The notes: generated by a model from the letters alone, not told the origin. Positions 9,669-20,392 are shown, counted from the stretch's first letter. The stretch is 64,000 nt of DNA from Candidatus Latescibacterota bacterium (GCA_965116885.1 OZ220741.1:2880001-2944000), one strand, 5' to 3'. Translations and numbers: made by a program.

Positions 9669-10393
9669 TATGGATGATGTTCGACATTTTCTCCGCGATG
9701 CTCGCCGTCGATAAATGCCTGCGTAAATGCCGTTACCTGTGTAATCGCATCTTCCACGAGTGCTGCACCGGCTTCTGCGGTGGCTTCCAGCGGTTCCTTA
9801 TCTACTTGATCCTGCATTGCATCGTGGCGCACGTTTTCGGGCCACAGTGCCAGCGCGAATGCCGTTTCAAATTCCTGTGCGTGTCCAGGATATCGTTTTG
9901 TTTTTAAATTTTGCTCGGCAACGTCCTTTGACATGAGATCCCAGTAAGAAGTCCATTGCAGATTTACGTCGGGACGGTCGATCTTGAAAAACAACCGCCA
10001 TTGACCAAATATGCCCCGCAAGGGAGCCACATTGCCGCCGTGACCATTTAGCACAATGACATTTTTTACGCCATGGCGCACCAGGCTTTCAATTGCATCG
10101 AATAACACGGCCAACCACGACCCGGGTTTGGCTGTTACGGTTCCTTTGTGTACCATGTGGTGTTCGGAGATGCCCACGGCCATCGGTACATTGACAATTA
10201 CCTGGGGATATAATCGTTTGGCGGCTTCCACCGCGACATGGGCTGACGAGGCGGTGTCGTGTTCCATTGCCAGGTGCTCTAAATGCTGCTCGTTGCTTCC
10301 CACCGGAATAATTGCCGTTTGAAACTCTCCGCGCTCCAGTGCTTCCCGAAATTCGCGTCGCGTCAATTTTGCCAGCAGAACTTGCTCGCTCAT
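9668..10393 (-). CDS. Creatininase/creatinine amidohydrolase family protein
   Basis: PVGSNEQH..HL...D, GISEHH, NGHGGN, GHA..FET. Confidence 0.9.
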   Translation of the reverse strand: MSEQVLLAKLTRREFREALERGEFQTAIIPVGSNEQHLEHLAMEHDTASSAHVAVEAAKRLYPQVIVNVPMAVGISEHHMVHKGTVTAKPGSWLAVLFDAIESLVRHGVKNVIVLNGHGGNVAPLRGIFGQWRLFFKIDRPDVNLQWTSYWDLMSKDVAEQNLKTKRYPGHAQEFETAFALALWPENVRHDAMQDQVDKEPLEATAEAGAALVEDAITQVTAFTQAFIDGEHRGENVEHHP

Positions 10394-11115
10394 TGCGTTT
10401 CTCCTTGTGTTGTTTGTGAGTAATACTCCGCGGTCTGGTCAGATGGTGCCACCGCGCCATTTTGTGTCTGGATTAAGCCCCGCATCGCCCTGTACATGAC
10501 ATAAATCGAAATGGCTGCCCAAACAAATGCAATTGGATATGCCAATATCTCTATGCCGAAATATCGCGCCAAAATCCCCGCATCGGTGCGTTCTGTCTGC
10601 ATCCACAAATCAGTGCGAAAATCGTATAAACTGTACAAGCACAGGACAATACCCGTCCAGGTTGCCAATACATGGGATAAGCGACCAAATCGAATCGTTA
10701 CGACAATCAGTACGAGACCACAGATCACGCCAAACCAGAAATCGAGCGTCCCAAATGGTGTGTATAGTACTGCCATTCCTATTTGCAAGATACCGATCAA
10801 TCCGAGCAATATCCTTTGCGTGCCCAGCCATCGGCCCGTGTAAATCAGCAATGCACCGAGAAAGGCCGATCCCACATATCCCGCTGAACTGATGAGTGGA
10901 AATATGCCCCCTCGGCTGATCACATGCCCCGACTCATTCCACCGCACGCGCAGTTCCTCTACTTCACCACCTGTTGCAATCGCCATACTCGCATGGCCCA
11001 TTTCGTGTATCCACACCACAAATACGCGAAATGGTTTTATGACCGGCGTGTCCCACAATGCCAGTGCGATAACTGCCAATAACAGATGCAGCCAGAATGT
11101 TCTTATTATGATCAT
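10390..11115 (-). CDS. M50B-family membrane metallopeptidase
   Basis: HEMGH zinc motif, AGY, TDA motif, multiple TM helices. Confidence 0.85.
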   Translation of the reverse strand: MIIIRTFWLHLLLAVIALALWDTPVIKPFRVFVVWIHEMGHASMAIATGGEVEELRVRWNESGHVISRGGIFPLISSAGYVGSAFLGALLIYTGRWLGTQRILLGLIGILQIGMAVLYTPFGTLDFWFGVICGLVLIVVTIRFGRLSHVLATWTGIVLCLYSLYDFRTDLWMQTERTDAGILARYFGIEILAYPIAFVWAAISIYVMYRAMRGLIQTQNGAVAPSDQTAEYYSQTTQGETQ

Positions 11116-11128
11116 TCCCAATACAAAC

Positions 11129-12103
11129 CTATCGTCCAGATTCCAGATTTACGGAAACGGCGTCTAAATTTTCTCGCAATGCGGCATCCAGAACCCATCC
11201 CACGCCCCCGATATTGTCCTCTAAATGCGCGATGGTGTCGCCACCTGTAATTGCCACGGTTACTTCGGGATGAGACAGGACCCAGGATAGGGCGACTTGT
11301 CCCGGCGTTTTGCCCAGTTCATCTGCTATATCAAACAAGGTTGTCAGCACTTTTCCCTCTGTGCCTGCCATCATGGTTTCGTATTGATCCATTCGGCGTT
11401 TTGCCCATAGTGAACCTTCAGGCGGAGGCGCGTCGGGTTTGTAAAATCCGCTCAATAGTCCCACGGCTAATGGGCTGTAAACCATTATCCCCAGACCCTC
11501 ACTTCGCACAAAGGGAAAAATTTCCCGCTCCAATGCGCGATGAAGCAAATTGTATGGATTTTGCATGCACATATAAGGCGCCAGGTTCAATGCGTGTTGA
11601 ATCCAGAGTGCTTTGCACGCTTGCCAGGCCGAATGATTGCAACACCCGATATAGCGCACTTTGCCCTGATGCACCAGGTCGTCCAATGCGCGTGCGGTTT
11701 CTTCAATCGGTGTCGATTCATCGAAGTTATGTACGAGATACACGTCGATGTGATCTGTGCCCAACCGGTTCAGGGAACGCTCCACCTCCCGCATGATGTG
11801 ATAGCGGGATAGACCCTGATCATTTGGTCCTGTGCCGATGCGGCTAAATACTTTGGAGGTGATTACCACATCGTCCCGTTTGCCCTTCAGAGCTTTGCCC
11901 AACACGACTTCCGAACGTCCGATATGCGAGCGATCATCACCGGGACCATAGGTGTTGGCGCAGTCGATCAGGTTGATGCCCAGGTCTATCGCCCGCTCAA
12001 TGACTCTCTGTCCTTCTGCTTCGTCTGCCTGTCCGCGAAATCCCAGGCCCAGTGCCAGCCGACTTACTTTTACTCCCGCAGAACCAAAGTTGACATATTC
12101 CAT
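11129..12103 (-). CDS. Aldo/keto reductase
   Basis: IDCANTY, ITSKV, SLNRLGTDHIDVYLVH, YSPLAVGLL. Confidence 0.92.
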   Translation of the reverse strand: MEYVNFGSAGVKVSRLALGLGFRGQADEAEGQRVIERAIDLGINLIDCANTYGPGDDRSHIGRSEVVLGKALKGKRDDVVITSKVFSRIGTGPNDQGLSRYHIMREVERSLNRLGTDHIDVYLVHNFDESTPIEETARALDDLVHQGKVRYIGCCNHSAWQACKALWIQHALNLAPYMCMQNPYNLLHRALEREIFPFVRSEGLGIMVYSPLAVGLLSGFYKPDAPPPEGSLWAKRRMDQYETMMAGTEGKVLTTLFDIADELGKTPGQVALSWVLSHPEVTVAITGGDTIAHLEDNIGGVGWVLDAALRENLDAVSVNLESGR

Positions 12104-12125
12104 AAAATCTGCTCCTATTAATTAT

Positions 12126-13382
12126 TCATATTTTTTTCAATAAGCCTGGGGCGAGTTTATCTCTTGTTTTGTCTGCCCAGGCTTGCAGGTGGGTTTTTAA
12201 ATTTGCAACGGTTCCAGAGCTTGCCATTTCACGCCAGCGATTTTGACGTTCACCCGGGTCGCTGGGCAAGTGATACAGTTCGGGTTTTCGCACGGTTGAC
12301 AAAATTAGTTTCCAATCGCCTGAAACCACACACCGCTCTTCTCCTTTATCGAGTTCGGGCTGATTGGGGCCTTCGCCTTTTTTATCGATAAATGGCGTAT
12401 TTACTATGACGAGTGCCTCGCGTCCTGTTTTGCCGCCCTGTCGGATTGAATCGCTGAGGTCTATACCATCGAGGCCCTCGGAGACTGCATATCCCAGGAG
12501 GCCGAGGATCGTCGGTATCAAATCGACCGAACTGATGAGGGATTCGTCGATTTCGCCACTGGAAATCGCTGAAGGAAATCGCATGAGCAGGGGGATGCGC
12601 GCGACAGTATCATAACAGAGGCGTTTGCTGTGGTCATTCCACCGGTGGTCAAAGAGGTGACCGTGTTCGGAGGTAAAGACGACGAGGGTATTTTCTGCTA
12701 TTCCACTGTCATCGAGTGTTTTCAACAGGTCGCCAACCGCATCGTCAATCGCTGTACACATCGCGTAGTATTTGCGCCGTTTTTCGTCCTCGGGGTAGAG
12801 TTTTTGATAAAGTGTTTCGTATTTTTCGGGGACAGAATAAGGCGGATGGGGTGGATAATAGGATACATAAGCACAGAATGGACGTGTGTCATCTTTGCGA
12901 ATAAAGTCAATGGCGTCTTGTGCCAGCACACCCGTTTGATACACTTTTTTGCCGTCGATTGTGTAGTAATGTCCTTGCCCACGGCCATCGCGGGGATATG
13001 TGGGCATTGTCTCCCAGGCGTCTCTCGATGGATCTCCCAGATGCCATTTGCCAAAGTAGGCACACCGATATCCCACAGCTTTGAGGAAATCGGGAAAAAG
13101 CGGTATTTCTGGATCTATATCCCATGTGTTTTCGAGCACGCCGTGATTGTGCGGATAAAGGCCCGAGAAAATTGTGCCGCGATTTGGCGCGCAGACGGGT
13201 TGTGCGGCATAAGCTCTGTCGAATCGCATTCCGTCTGATGCCAAACGATCCAGATTGGGTGTTATGATTCCTTTTTTGCCATAACATCCCACGCCATCTC
13301 GGCGCTGTTGGTCCGTTAAGATGAACAGTAGATTGGGAGGCTCTGCGGTAGCTCTGCTCATCTGTGATACATTTTGTGCCAT
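12126..13382 (-). CDS. Sulfatase (Cys-type, formylglycine-dependent)
   Basis: PNLLFILTDQ, CAPNR signature, GKWHLG; start set at MAQN after a GGGAG RBS. Confidence 0.88.
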   Translation of the reverse strand: MAQNVSQMSRATAEPPNLLFILTDQQRRDGVGCYGKKGIITPNLDRLASDGMRFDRAYAAQPVCAPNRGTIFSGLYPHNHGVLENTWDIDPEIPLFPDFLKAVGYRCAYFGKWHLGDPSRDAWETMPTYPRDGRGQGHYYTIDGKKVYQTGVLAQDAIDFIRKDDTRPFCAYVSYYPPHPPYSVPEKYETLYQKLYPEDEKRRKYYAMCTAIDDAVGDLLKTLDDSGIAENTLVVFTSEHGHLFDHRWNDHSKRLCYDTVARIPLLMRFPSAISSGEIDESLISSVDLIPTILGLLGYAVSEGLDGIDLSDSIRQGGKTGREALVIVNTPFIDKKGEGPNQPELDKGEERCVVSGDWKLILSTVRKPELYHLPSDPGERQNRWREMASSGTVANLKTHLQAWADKTRDKLAPGLLKKI

Positions 13383-13383
13383 A

Positions 13384-14397
13384 TCAACTCCCATTACATT
13401 TCACCAGTCGTTTGCCAATATTATCACCTCGCAGCATGCCGATAAATGCACGGGGTGCGTTTTCCAATCCCTCGACAATATCTTCCCGGTAATTGAGCCG
13501 GCCTTCCTTTAGCCAGATCGACATTTGCTGCAATCCCTCAGCGTGTTGATCTGCGAAATCGCCCACCAGGAATCCCTGCATGTGCAACCGCTTGCCAATA
13601 AAACCTCCCATCATCCGAGGTCCCATTTCCGGTTCGATGAGATTGTATTGTGAGATTTGTCCGCAAACGGAAATTCGGCCCCACATGTTCATGAGGGAAA
13701 AAACTGCATCGGTAATGGTGCCGCCCACGTTGTCAAAATACACATCGACGCCATTGGGACATAAGCGTTGCAATTCGGTGCGGTAATCCGCTGTGGTTTT
13801 GTAATTGAATGCGCCATCAAAACCCAGGCCGTCAATGGCATAGTTCACTTTTTCATCGCTGCCGGCTATGCCAATGGCGCGGCATCCTTTAATTTTTGCA
13901 ATTTGCCCGACCAGCGATCCCACGGCACCGGCTGCTGCCGAGACCACGACGGTCTCGCCGGCTTTGGGTTTGCCGACTTCTAACAAGCCAAAATAGGCTG
14001 TCAATCCCGGCATGCCGAGAATGCCGAGTGCGGTTGAAATGGGTCCCAGTGAAGGATCTATTTTTCGGAGGCCCTGTGCTGAAGAAACCGCGTAAGCCTG
14101 CCATCCGTGATCTGCCCAAACAATATCTCCGGGTTGAAACTCAGAATGGTTGGATTTAATTACTTCGCTTACACTCCGCCCAATCATAACCGCACCAATT
14201 TCTACATTTGGCGCATAGGATTTTCGATCATTGATGCGCCCGCGCATGTAGGGATCAACGGAAAGGTACTGCGTTTTCAAGAGCAGTTCCCCTTCGCCGG
14301 GTGCGGGAATGGGCGATTCTCCAATTGAGAAATCGGATGTTTTGGGATATCCGACTGGACGCGCTGCCAATCGAATTTGAATATTTTTCTCTGCCAT
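13384..14397 (-). CDS. NADP-dependent oxidoreductase (MDR, CurA-like), paralogue of 6776..7777
   Basis: Same motifs (SVDPYMRGR, GMPGLTAYFGL, YFDNVGG); start set at MAEKNIQ with an AGGAG RBS. Confidence 0.9.
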   Translation of the reverse strand: MAEKNIQIRLAARPVGYPKTSDFSIGESPIPAPGEGELLLKTQYLSVDPYMRGRINDRKSYAPNVEIGAVMIGRSVSEVIKSNHSEFQPGDIVWADHGWQAYAVSSAQGLRKIDPSLGPISTALGILGMPGLTAYFGLLEVGKPKAGETVVVSAAAGAVGSLVGQIAKIKGCRAIGIAGSDEKVNYAIDGLGFDGAFNYKTTADYRTELQRLCPNGVDVYFDNVGGTITDAVFSLMNMWGRISVCGQISQYNLIEPEMGPRMMGGFIGKRLHMQGFLVGDFADQHAEGLQQMSIWLKEGRLNYREDIVEGLENAPRAFIGMLRGDNIGKRLVKCNGS

Positions 14398-14435
14398 AAA
14401 TATAATGCTCCTGATTTTTCGGTGGTTTGGATATT

Positions 14436-15464
14436 TCATTCTGCATAAACTGCTTCTCGTATGCCTTTCAAATATCCGACGGCAAATAGTCGCGCGATGC
14501 CTTGTTCGTCGCCAAATTGCTCGTCTCCCATTTTGGGATAGTGGTCTGGCCGGCACACGCCGTCAAATCCGATGTCTCGATATGCGCGCAAACATTTGAC
14601 GAGGTCTGTTTTGCCATCGTCGTGAAATGTTTCTTCAAATTTATCGGGTTGACCGACAACATCGCGGATGTGTAAGAAATGGATTTTTTTCTGTTCGCCA
14701 AAGTGCCGGATGACCGAGGGCAAATCGTCTGTCATCAGTGTAAAATTGCCCTGGCAAAGCCCAATACCATTCATTGGACTCGGTACGAGGTCAACGAGTT
14801 TTTGGTAGTTTTCAACGCTGCTCATAATGCGCGCAATGCCTCGGATAGGCGATAGCGGTGGGTCGTCGGGATGCAGGGCCAGTTTGACGTTGGCTTCTTC
14901 GGCTACGGGTACAATGCGCTCGAGAAAATACTTCAGGTTGGCCCACTGTTGTTCTTCTGTCACTGTTTCCATAGAGATCTCTTGCTGGGCTATTGGTATG
15001 CCGTCGATATTGTGTATTGGACGCTCGGTGGGATCGCCTTGCGATGCCAGGGCATTGAGATCAAATCCGCTTACATGCGCGCCGCCCCGCGAGGAGATGG
15101 ATCGGGATGTTCGCATGACTCCCAGTATGGGCATCCACGCATAACACCACACGGGGATTCCGAGTTTGCCCATGTTCCGGAGCAGTTCACAGACTACTTC
15201 AATTTCCTCGTCTCGTCCGGGCAAGCCCAGTTTGATCTTTTCCATGGGGGGCCGCGATTCGATGACCTCAAGAGGTATTCCGGCTGCTTCGTAAGCGGCT
15301 TTTGCTTGTGCCAGCGATGTGTAACTCCAGGGCTGTTCTTCTGGCTCTGCGTCTGGTTTTGGGCGCAGTGTTATGCCTCCAACTGCGCCTTCGACTCCAC
15401 ATTGTTTCATGAGTGTCCACCTTTGACTGGCTTGAGGCGGTGCCAGGATAGCAATTCTCAGCAT
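14436..15464 (-). CDS. uxuA: Mannonate dehydratase family protein
   Basis: LALHPDDPP, GLCQG, HIRDV, FEETFHDDG, RPDHYP, AVGYLKG. Confidence 0.85.
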   Translation of the reverse strand: MLRIAILAPPQASQRWTLMKQCGVEGAVGGITLRPKPDAEPEEQPWSYTSLAQAKAAYEAAGIPLEVIESRPPMEKIKLGLPGRDEEIEVVCELLRNMGKLGIPVWCYAWMPILGVMRTSRSISSRGGAHVSGFDLNALASQGDPTERPIHNIDGIPIAQQEISMETVTEEQQWANLKYFLERIVPVAEEANVKLALHPDDPPLSPIRGIARIMSSVENYQKLVDLVPSPMNGIGLCQGNFTLMTDDLPSVIRHFGEQKKIHFLHIRDVVGQPDKFEETFHDDGKTDLVKCLRAYRDIGFDGVCRPDHYPKMGDEQFGDEQGIARLFAVGYLKGIREAVYAE

Positions 15465-15646
15465 GACTATTTCCTTTCGCTGTTGGTGTTTTTGACATTT
15501 TTATCGCTGCCCAATATATGCAGACCGGATGCGACATGCCATAAAAAATCCATCGCCAGGAGCGCGGTCTAAATGGCTTTTGAGAAGCTGTACTCTTGCA
15601 TATATTACAAAAACACTCACTACCTGGCATACAAGGAGGCTCTGCT

Positions 15647-16753
15647 ATGACCTGTTGGAAAATTCTCGCTGTCACCCTGCTGTTCATATCACCTCTATTT
15701 GCTCAGGAGCAAGCTGAAAACCGCTTCCAGAGCGCGGCGGAGCGTTTTTTTGCGCGCAATGACAAAAATAAAGACGGCAAATTGTCGCGGGAGGAATTTC
15801 CCGAACGACAGCGCCGTCTGTTTGAGCGAATTGACACAGATAAAGATGGCTTTGTCACACTCGAAGAAGATATTTTTTATCGCAACAATAGACGGAGGAA
15901 TACCGTGAATATTCCAGAAGGTGTAACTGTCCACCGAGATCTGATCTACGGACGGGTTGGGGAGAGAGAGCTTCCCCTCGATCTCTATCTTCCGCTCGAT
16001 ACATCATCTCCTGTGCCCGTGGTGATATGGGTTCACGGGGGCGGTTGGCGTGGGGGGGCTAAAGGCAATGGCGGGCGGGCGCTCAATATGACCACACGCG
16101 GATTTGCCGTTGTTGATGTGGAATATCGACTCAGTGGCGAAGCCCTCTTTCCTGCGCAAATAGAAGACTGCAAAACAGCCGTGCGCTGGGTGAGAGCAAA
16201 TGCAAAAAAATACAATCTCGATTCCGACCGCATCGGCGCGTGGGGATCGTCTGCTGGGGGGCATCTCGTGGCGATGATGGGTTTGACGCACGATGAAAAT
16301 GTATTTGAGACGGATGATCACAGCCAATATTCGAGTCAGGTGCAGGCGATATGCAACTGGTTTGGTCCTACAGATTTTTTGCGTATGAATGATTTTGAAG
16401 GCCGAATTGATCACGATGCAGCCGATTCTCCCGAGTCCAGACTAATTGGTGGTCCTATCCAGGAAAACAAGGAGAAAGTCGCCGCGGCCAATCCCATTAC
16501 TTATGTCAGCAAAAACGATCCGCCCATGCTGATTATGCACGGGGAAAAAGATCGGGCAGTTCCCTATAATCAGAGCGAGTTGCTCTATGCTGCGATGAAA
16601 AAAGCAGGTTTGGATGTCGCGCTCTACAAGGTTGTCAATGCCGACCACGGCTTTCGCAATGCCACGCAAGATAACCAGGCATCGCTGGTTGAAATGTCTG
16701 TTCAGTTTTTAGAAAAGCATCTCAAACCCCAAACGGATGCCGCATCGCCATAA
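15647..16753 (+). CDS. Secreted alpha/beta-hydrolase (HSL-type esterase) with N-terminal EF-hand pair
   Basis: Signal peptide; [12 protein letters not shown] and [14 protein letters not shown]-hands; [30 protein letters not shown]. Confidence 0.88.
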   Translation: MTCWKILAVTLLFISPLFAQEQAENRFQSAAERFFARNDKNKDGKLSREEFPERQRRLFERIDTDKDGFVTLEEDIFYRNNRRRNTVNIPEGVTVHRDLIYGRVGERELPLDLYLPLDTSSPVPVVIWVHGGGWRGGAKGNGGRALNMTTRGFAVVDVEYRLSGEALFPAQIEDCKTAVRWVRANAKKYNLDSDRIGAWGSSAGGHLVAMMGLTHDENVFETDDHSQYSSQVQAICNWFGPTDFLRMNDFEGRIDHDAADSPESRLIGGPIQENKEKVAAANPITYVSKNDPPMLIMHGEKDRAVPYNQSELLYAAMKKAGLDVALYKVVNADHGFRNATQDNQASLVEMSVQFLEKHLKPQTDAASP

Positions 16754-16772
16754 GGGTATAATGTGAATGAAT

Positions 16773-16810
16773 AAGCCCTGGAGAATTCAATCTCCAGGGC
16801 TTTTGTTTTT
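16773..16810 (+). terminator. Rho-independent terminator
   Basis: AAGCCCTGGAGA-loop-TCTCCAGGGCTT followed by a T tract. Confidence 0.85.
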
Positions 16811-16840
16811 TAAAGTGACAGACATTCAGACCGTAGTCAG

Positions 16841-17446
16841 TTAACGAAATTCCAAACTCGCTACAATTTGCTCATATTCGGTTAGTGGATAGCCTGCATC
16901 CCGGCTGCCATTGCCGATCATGTAATACCCCACCTGATTGTGGATGGCTATGGCTACCAGAAATCGGGTGCCCGGATAATCTCGATTGGATCTTTCCAGT
17001 TGAGAATAGCGAAATTCCCACTGAATCGCCTCGCCTACATTGAGCCGGATGCGCTGTTTTTCGCCGATAACGCGATATTGATCAAATGCGAGCATTAGAT
17101 ATTGTTCTTCAAATTCCTGAACGATCTGATCCACAGTCATTGTGGCGAAGCGATTTGGTAGTGCTTGTGGATACAGGTGCATTTGCGGACGAAAGTCACC
17201 TGTAATCTCAGGACTGAGAATGCGTACAGTTACGGGTGATAAACCATTGATATCTCTTTGTGATGTCAGGGTTGATACATCGATACCCCACTGGTCGCTG
17301 GGACGGCTGACTCGAAATCCCCATGAGTTGTTGGTATAAACAAGCCCATCTAAACTGGGTTCAGGCTCTGTGGGGATTGGTTTACACCCAGAAGTTACCA
17401 ACAGGCTACACAGCGCGAAAGCGCACAATATTCGGGCGCATATCAT
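16841..17446 (-). CDS. Hypothetical lipoprotein (possibly PsbP-like fold)
   Basis: Lipobox-like LVTSG-C; YTNNSWGFRVSRP..W and YEQIVASLEF termini; GAGGAG RBS. Confidence 0.65.
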   Translation of the reverse strand: MICARILCAFALCSLLVTSGCKPIPTEPEPSLDGLVYTNNSWGFRVSRPSDQWGIDVSTLTSQRDINGLSPVTVRILSPEITGDFRPQMHLYPQALPNRFATMTVDQIVQEFEEQYLMLAFDQYRVIGEKQRIRLNVGEAIQWEFRYSQLERSNRDYPGTRFLVAIAIHNQVGYYMIGNGSRDAGYPLTEYEQIVASLEFR

Positions 17447-17488
17447 ATCAATCTCCTCACTGATTAATCGCGAAAATGGACAAGTACT

Positions 17489-20392
17489 TTATTTGACGCC
17501 AGATGGCCTGGTAGTGTTCCTGTCGCGTTGGAGCAATTCCGGATGCAGGCGATAAAATATCGCTTCTATCTGCTTCAGACCCTCGGCCTGCACCACAAAA
17601 CGCCCGTCAATTACCACAGTCGGCGATCTCGTCGGTATCACGCCGAGTGCCCGAGCAGTGGCGTGTATTTCTGCACTGTTGTCTTTTTTGCTGACGTCAA
17701 TGCCCGTCTGTTTTAAGCAGTTTTCCACAGAAGATGTGTCGGAAGTAGCTTTTTGTTTGTGGCATAACAGGACGTCAATTATCCGCTCTGGAGCGGTCTG
17801 TTGTGCCTGCCGAAATAGCGCGTTTTGTTTGTCATTGCCTACAAAATGCAGGCGTAAGCGCTCGGGTGCTTGAACTTTTTTGATCCATTGCAAGAGTCGT
17901 TCTGCTATTTGTAGTGCTGGAGACACACGAACATCCATAAACAGGTCCATACCATCTATATTCTGGCCTTGAAAAACTCGTGCTATTGGTGTCAATAGCA
18001 CGGTTGGCACAAAATGATCGTCAACGCGCTGCATCAGGTGTGCAAACCGATTAAAATGGGCTGTTTTCTCAAACTCATTGTTCAGTACATAAGCTGGCAC
18101 CCGATCCAGGCTATAATGTGCAATCAGGTTCTGTCCCATCTCGCTGTTCACATCTACGGTTTCGAACTCAGCACCGGGAAAGAGTGATAGTGTGGATCGA
18201 ATAAACGAATAGGTATCACATACTTCACAGGTCGCGTCGTTGAGAATGGTCGTTTGAAAAGAGATGGGATCGCGCACTTCGCATTGCGCGTGGGGCGTTC
18301 CGCCATTTAAGCACAGGCCAATTTTGCCCGGATGTACACAATCCCGATCGCTTATGCACTCGGGAACATCGGCGCAAAAGGGCAAATTTTTATTATTGCG
18401 ACAGATGAACTGCGCCACCTCCTGAGAAGACGTTTTGACATCGCGCCCATTTACGCGCAATGTGGGCGATGCGTTGATCCCAAGCAGATTGGCTCTGCGA
18501 ATATTTTCGGCAAATAATGTTTCACCCGCATCGCTTTCGGACAACTCGGCGATTTTGTCTGCGTCCATGTTTACCTGTGTTGCACAAACGCGCCAATCGG
18601 TTGCAATGCCCGATTTATTGCGACACAAAATGTAATCCCAGAACCGATCGGGATAGAGCGACATCACAACGGTTTGCCGAATGCCTTCGGCTATTTCTCT
18701 GTCGCCGTGCAAACTGCGAAAGCGGCCCGATCCCGTCGAGGTGGTCGCCTGACATCCGGGCTGTGTTGTTCGTGTCGTGCGTGCGACGGGGGGTGGCGAT
18801 GCGACATCCTTTGCGCTCGCTTCATCTGCGATAAAATACAGATGAAAGTCGATTTGATCCTTCACTTTGCGAAACAGAGGGGCAAGGGTTTGTTCTGCAT
18901 GTATGCCATAGGGACAATCTGCCATCACAAATAGCTCGACGAGGGGGCGACCATCTCGCCCGATTTCCGTTTTCTCTGTGTCCGATTTGGTTATTGCGTG
19001 CGAAGAACCGTGCCCCTTGTGATTCACTTCTGCCAGCATATCGGCAAATCGGGTGTCAAAGTCGGGCGTCTGGTTTGCATCGTGACAGCGCTGGCACAAA
19101 TCGGGAGATGGCGTGCGGCGAATATTGCGGACTTCGGGACGCCGCGCGTGTTGTTCTCCCGGTCCGTGGCACACTTCGCATTGCACATTTGTAAGTCGTT
19201 TGACATCTTTGCCAATTCGGAATCCCGTGGGATATCCAAATCCCGTGGTATGACAGGTTACACAGTCGGGCTGATAGTGTTTTTGTTTTTGCAATAATCG
19301 ATTAAATGCATTCGCATGATGCGATTGTTCCCAGTCTGATACCTCGGCAGCGTGGCATCCTTTACATGTTTCTACCCCGACATATCTATTGGTGCCCTGA
19401 CGCACCTGATCTTCCAGTGCAAATCCCGCAAATCTCGGTCGCGCTGTCTGCTGCAGCGCGGAATTTTTTTGAACCAGATTGTAGAATTCATCCACGAGTC
19501 GTTTCACGGTGCGGTCTTCGCCAATGGATTCTGAGAGCAATACGGAGGTGATTTGTTCTGCTTTCACCTGTCTATTTTCTACGGTCAATATCGCCTGTCC
19601 TATTGCTTTGCCCTGGGGTTGGGTGCCCAGCAATAGGGTATTGCCGATCCGATGGGTTGTCTCGGTTGATCGTGCGCTGATCATCACATCTATATCGGTG
19701 ATATTTTGTATGAGGTCGCGTTCTGCTTCTCGATCCAAATCGCTCAATACAACTATGAGATCGGTCTTTTGACGCACAGATGCGACCGCTTCCTGGATGC
19801 CATCGAGTTTAACATCTATGCCATCGGGCATATTTATATGCGAGGCCCCCATTGCCATACTGTGTACTTCAATCTCCCGTTCACTCGCCACACCTATGAC
19901 ACCTACGCGCACATCGCCCGCGTCCAGAATTCGCACGGGTGCGCCCATTTGTACGTCGTTTATCTTCAAGTTTGCACTTAGAAAGGGGACGCCACCCGAA
20001 TCGCGCATGGTTTCAAAGAACGCTTGTCCAAATCGCAATTCTCCCAAACCGATATTGGCAGCGTCGTAATGGATGGCTTTCATGGCTTTCAAATGTATTT
20101 TGCAACGCAACTGGTCCAATACGGTATCGCCTGCAAATAAACCACCAGCATCTAATAACAGGGCATTGGGATACGATCGCTTTAAGTCATTTACCATTGT
20201 TGCGCGCCGCGCAATGCCGCCGAGCTGATTGTCCGCACAACCACACACTTCCAGGAAGCTCTGAGTGTCTCCCGTGTAAAGCAATACCACCTCTGCCGCT
20301 CTACTTTGCCCGATGAGACAAAAGACAGCTAATAGGAGACACAAAACGAGGGGAGATCTTTCACAATCCCATCTGTGTATATTTGTGTTCAT
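17489..20392 (-). CDS. Exported multidomain redox protein: degenerate 5'-nucleotidase-like domain (CGC motif) + tetrahaem cytochrome c (c554-like) + GILT/thioredoxin-like domains
   Basis: Signal peptide; LYTGDTQSFLEVCGC...GGIARR; four CxxCH (CKGCH, CVTCH, CEVCH, CQRCH); ELFVMADCPYG, SLHGDREI, ASPTL; Cys-rich linker; CEVC..RVPAY. Start set at 20392 because the track start (20461) lies upstream of the lepB terminator. Confidence 0.8.
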   Translation of the reverse strand: MNTNIHRWDCERSPLVLCLLLAVFCLIGQSRAAEVVLLYTGDTQSFLEVCGCADNQLGGIARRATMVNDLKRSYPNALLLDAGGLFAGDTVLDQLRCKIHLKAMKAIHYDAANIGLGELRFGQAFFETMRDSGGVPFLSANLKINDVQMGAPVRILDAGDVRVGVIGVASEREIEVHSMAMGASHINMPDGIDVKLDGIQEAVASVRQKTDLIVVLSDLDREAERDLIQNITDIDVMISARSTETTHRIGNTLLLGTQPQGKAIGQAILTVENRQVKAEQITSVLLSESIGEDRTVKRLVDEFYNLVQKNSALQQTARPRFAGFALEDQVRQGTNRYVGVETCKGCHAAEVSDWEQSHHANAFNRLLQKQKHYQPDCVTCHTTGFGYPTGFRIGKDVKRLTNVQCEVCHGPGEQHARRPEVRNIRRTPSPDLCQRCHDANQTPDFDTRFADMLAEVNHKGHGSSHAITKSDTEKTEIGRDGRPLVELFVMADCPYGIHAEQTLAPLFRKVKDQIDFHLYFIADEASAKDVASPPPVARTTRTTQPGCQATTSTGSGRFRSLHGDREIAEGIRQTVVMSLYPDRFWDYILCRNKSGIATDWRVCATQVNMDADKIAELSESDAGETLFAENIRRANLLGINASPTLRVNGRDVKTSSQEVAQFICRNNKNLPFCADVPECISDRDCVHPGKIGLCLNGGTPHAQCEVRDPISFQTTILNDATCEVCDTYSFIRSTLSLFPGAEFETVDVNSEMGQNLIAHYSLDRVPAYVLNNEFEKTAHFNRFAHLMQRVDDHFVPTVLLTPIARVFQGQNIDGMDLFMDVRVSPALQIAERLLQWIKKVQAPERLRLHFVGNDKQNALFRQAQQTAPERIIDVLLCHKQKATSDTSSVENCLKQTGIDVSKKDNSAEIHATARALGVIPTRSPTVVIDGRFVVQAEGLKQIEAIFYRLHPELLQRDRNTTRPSGVK

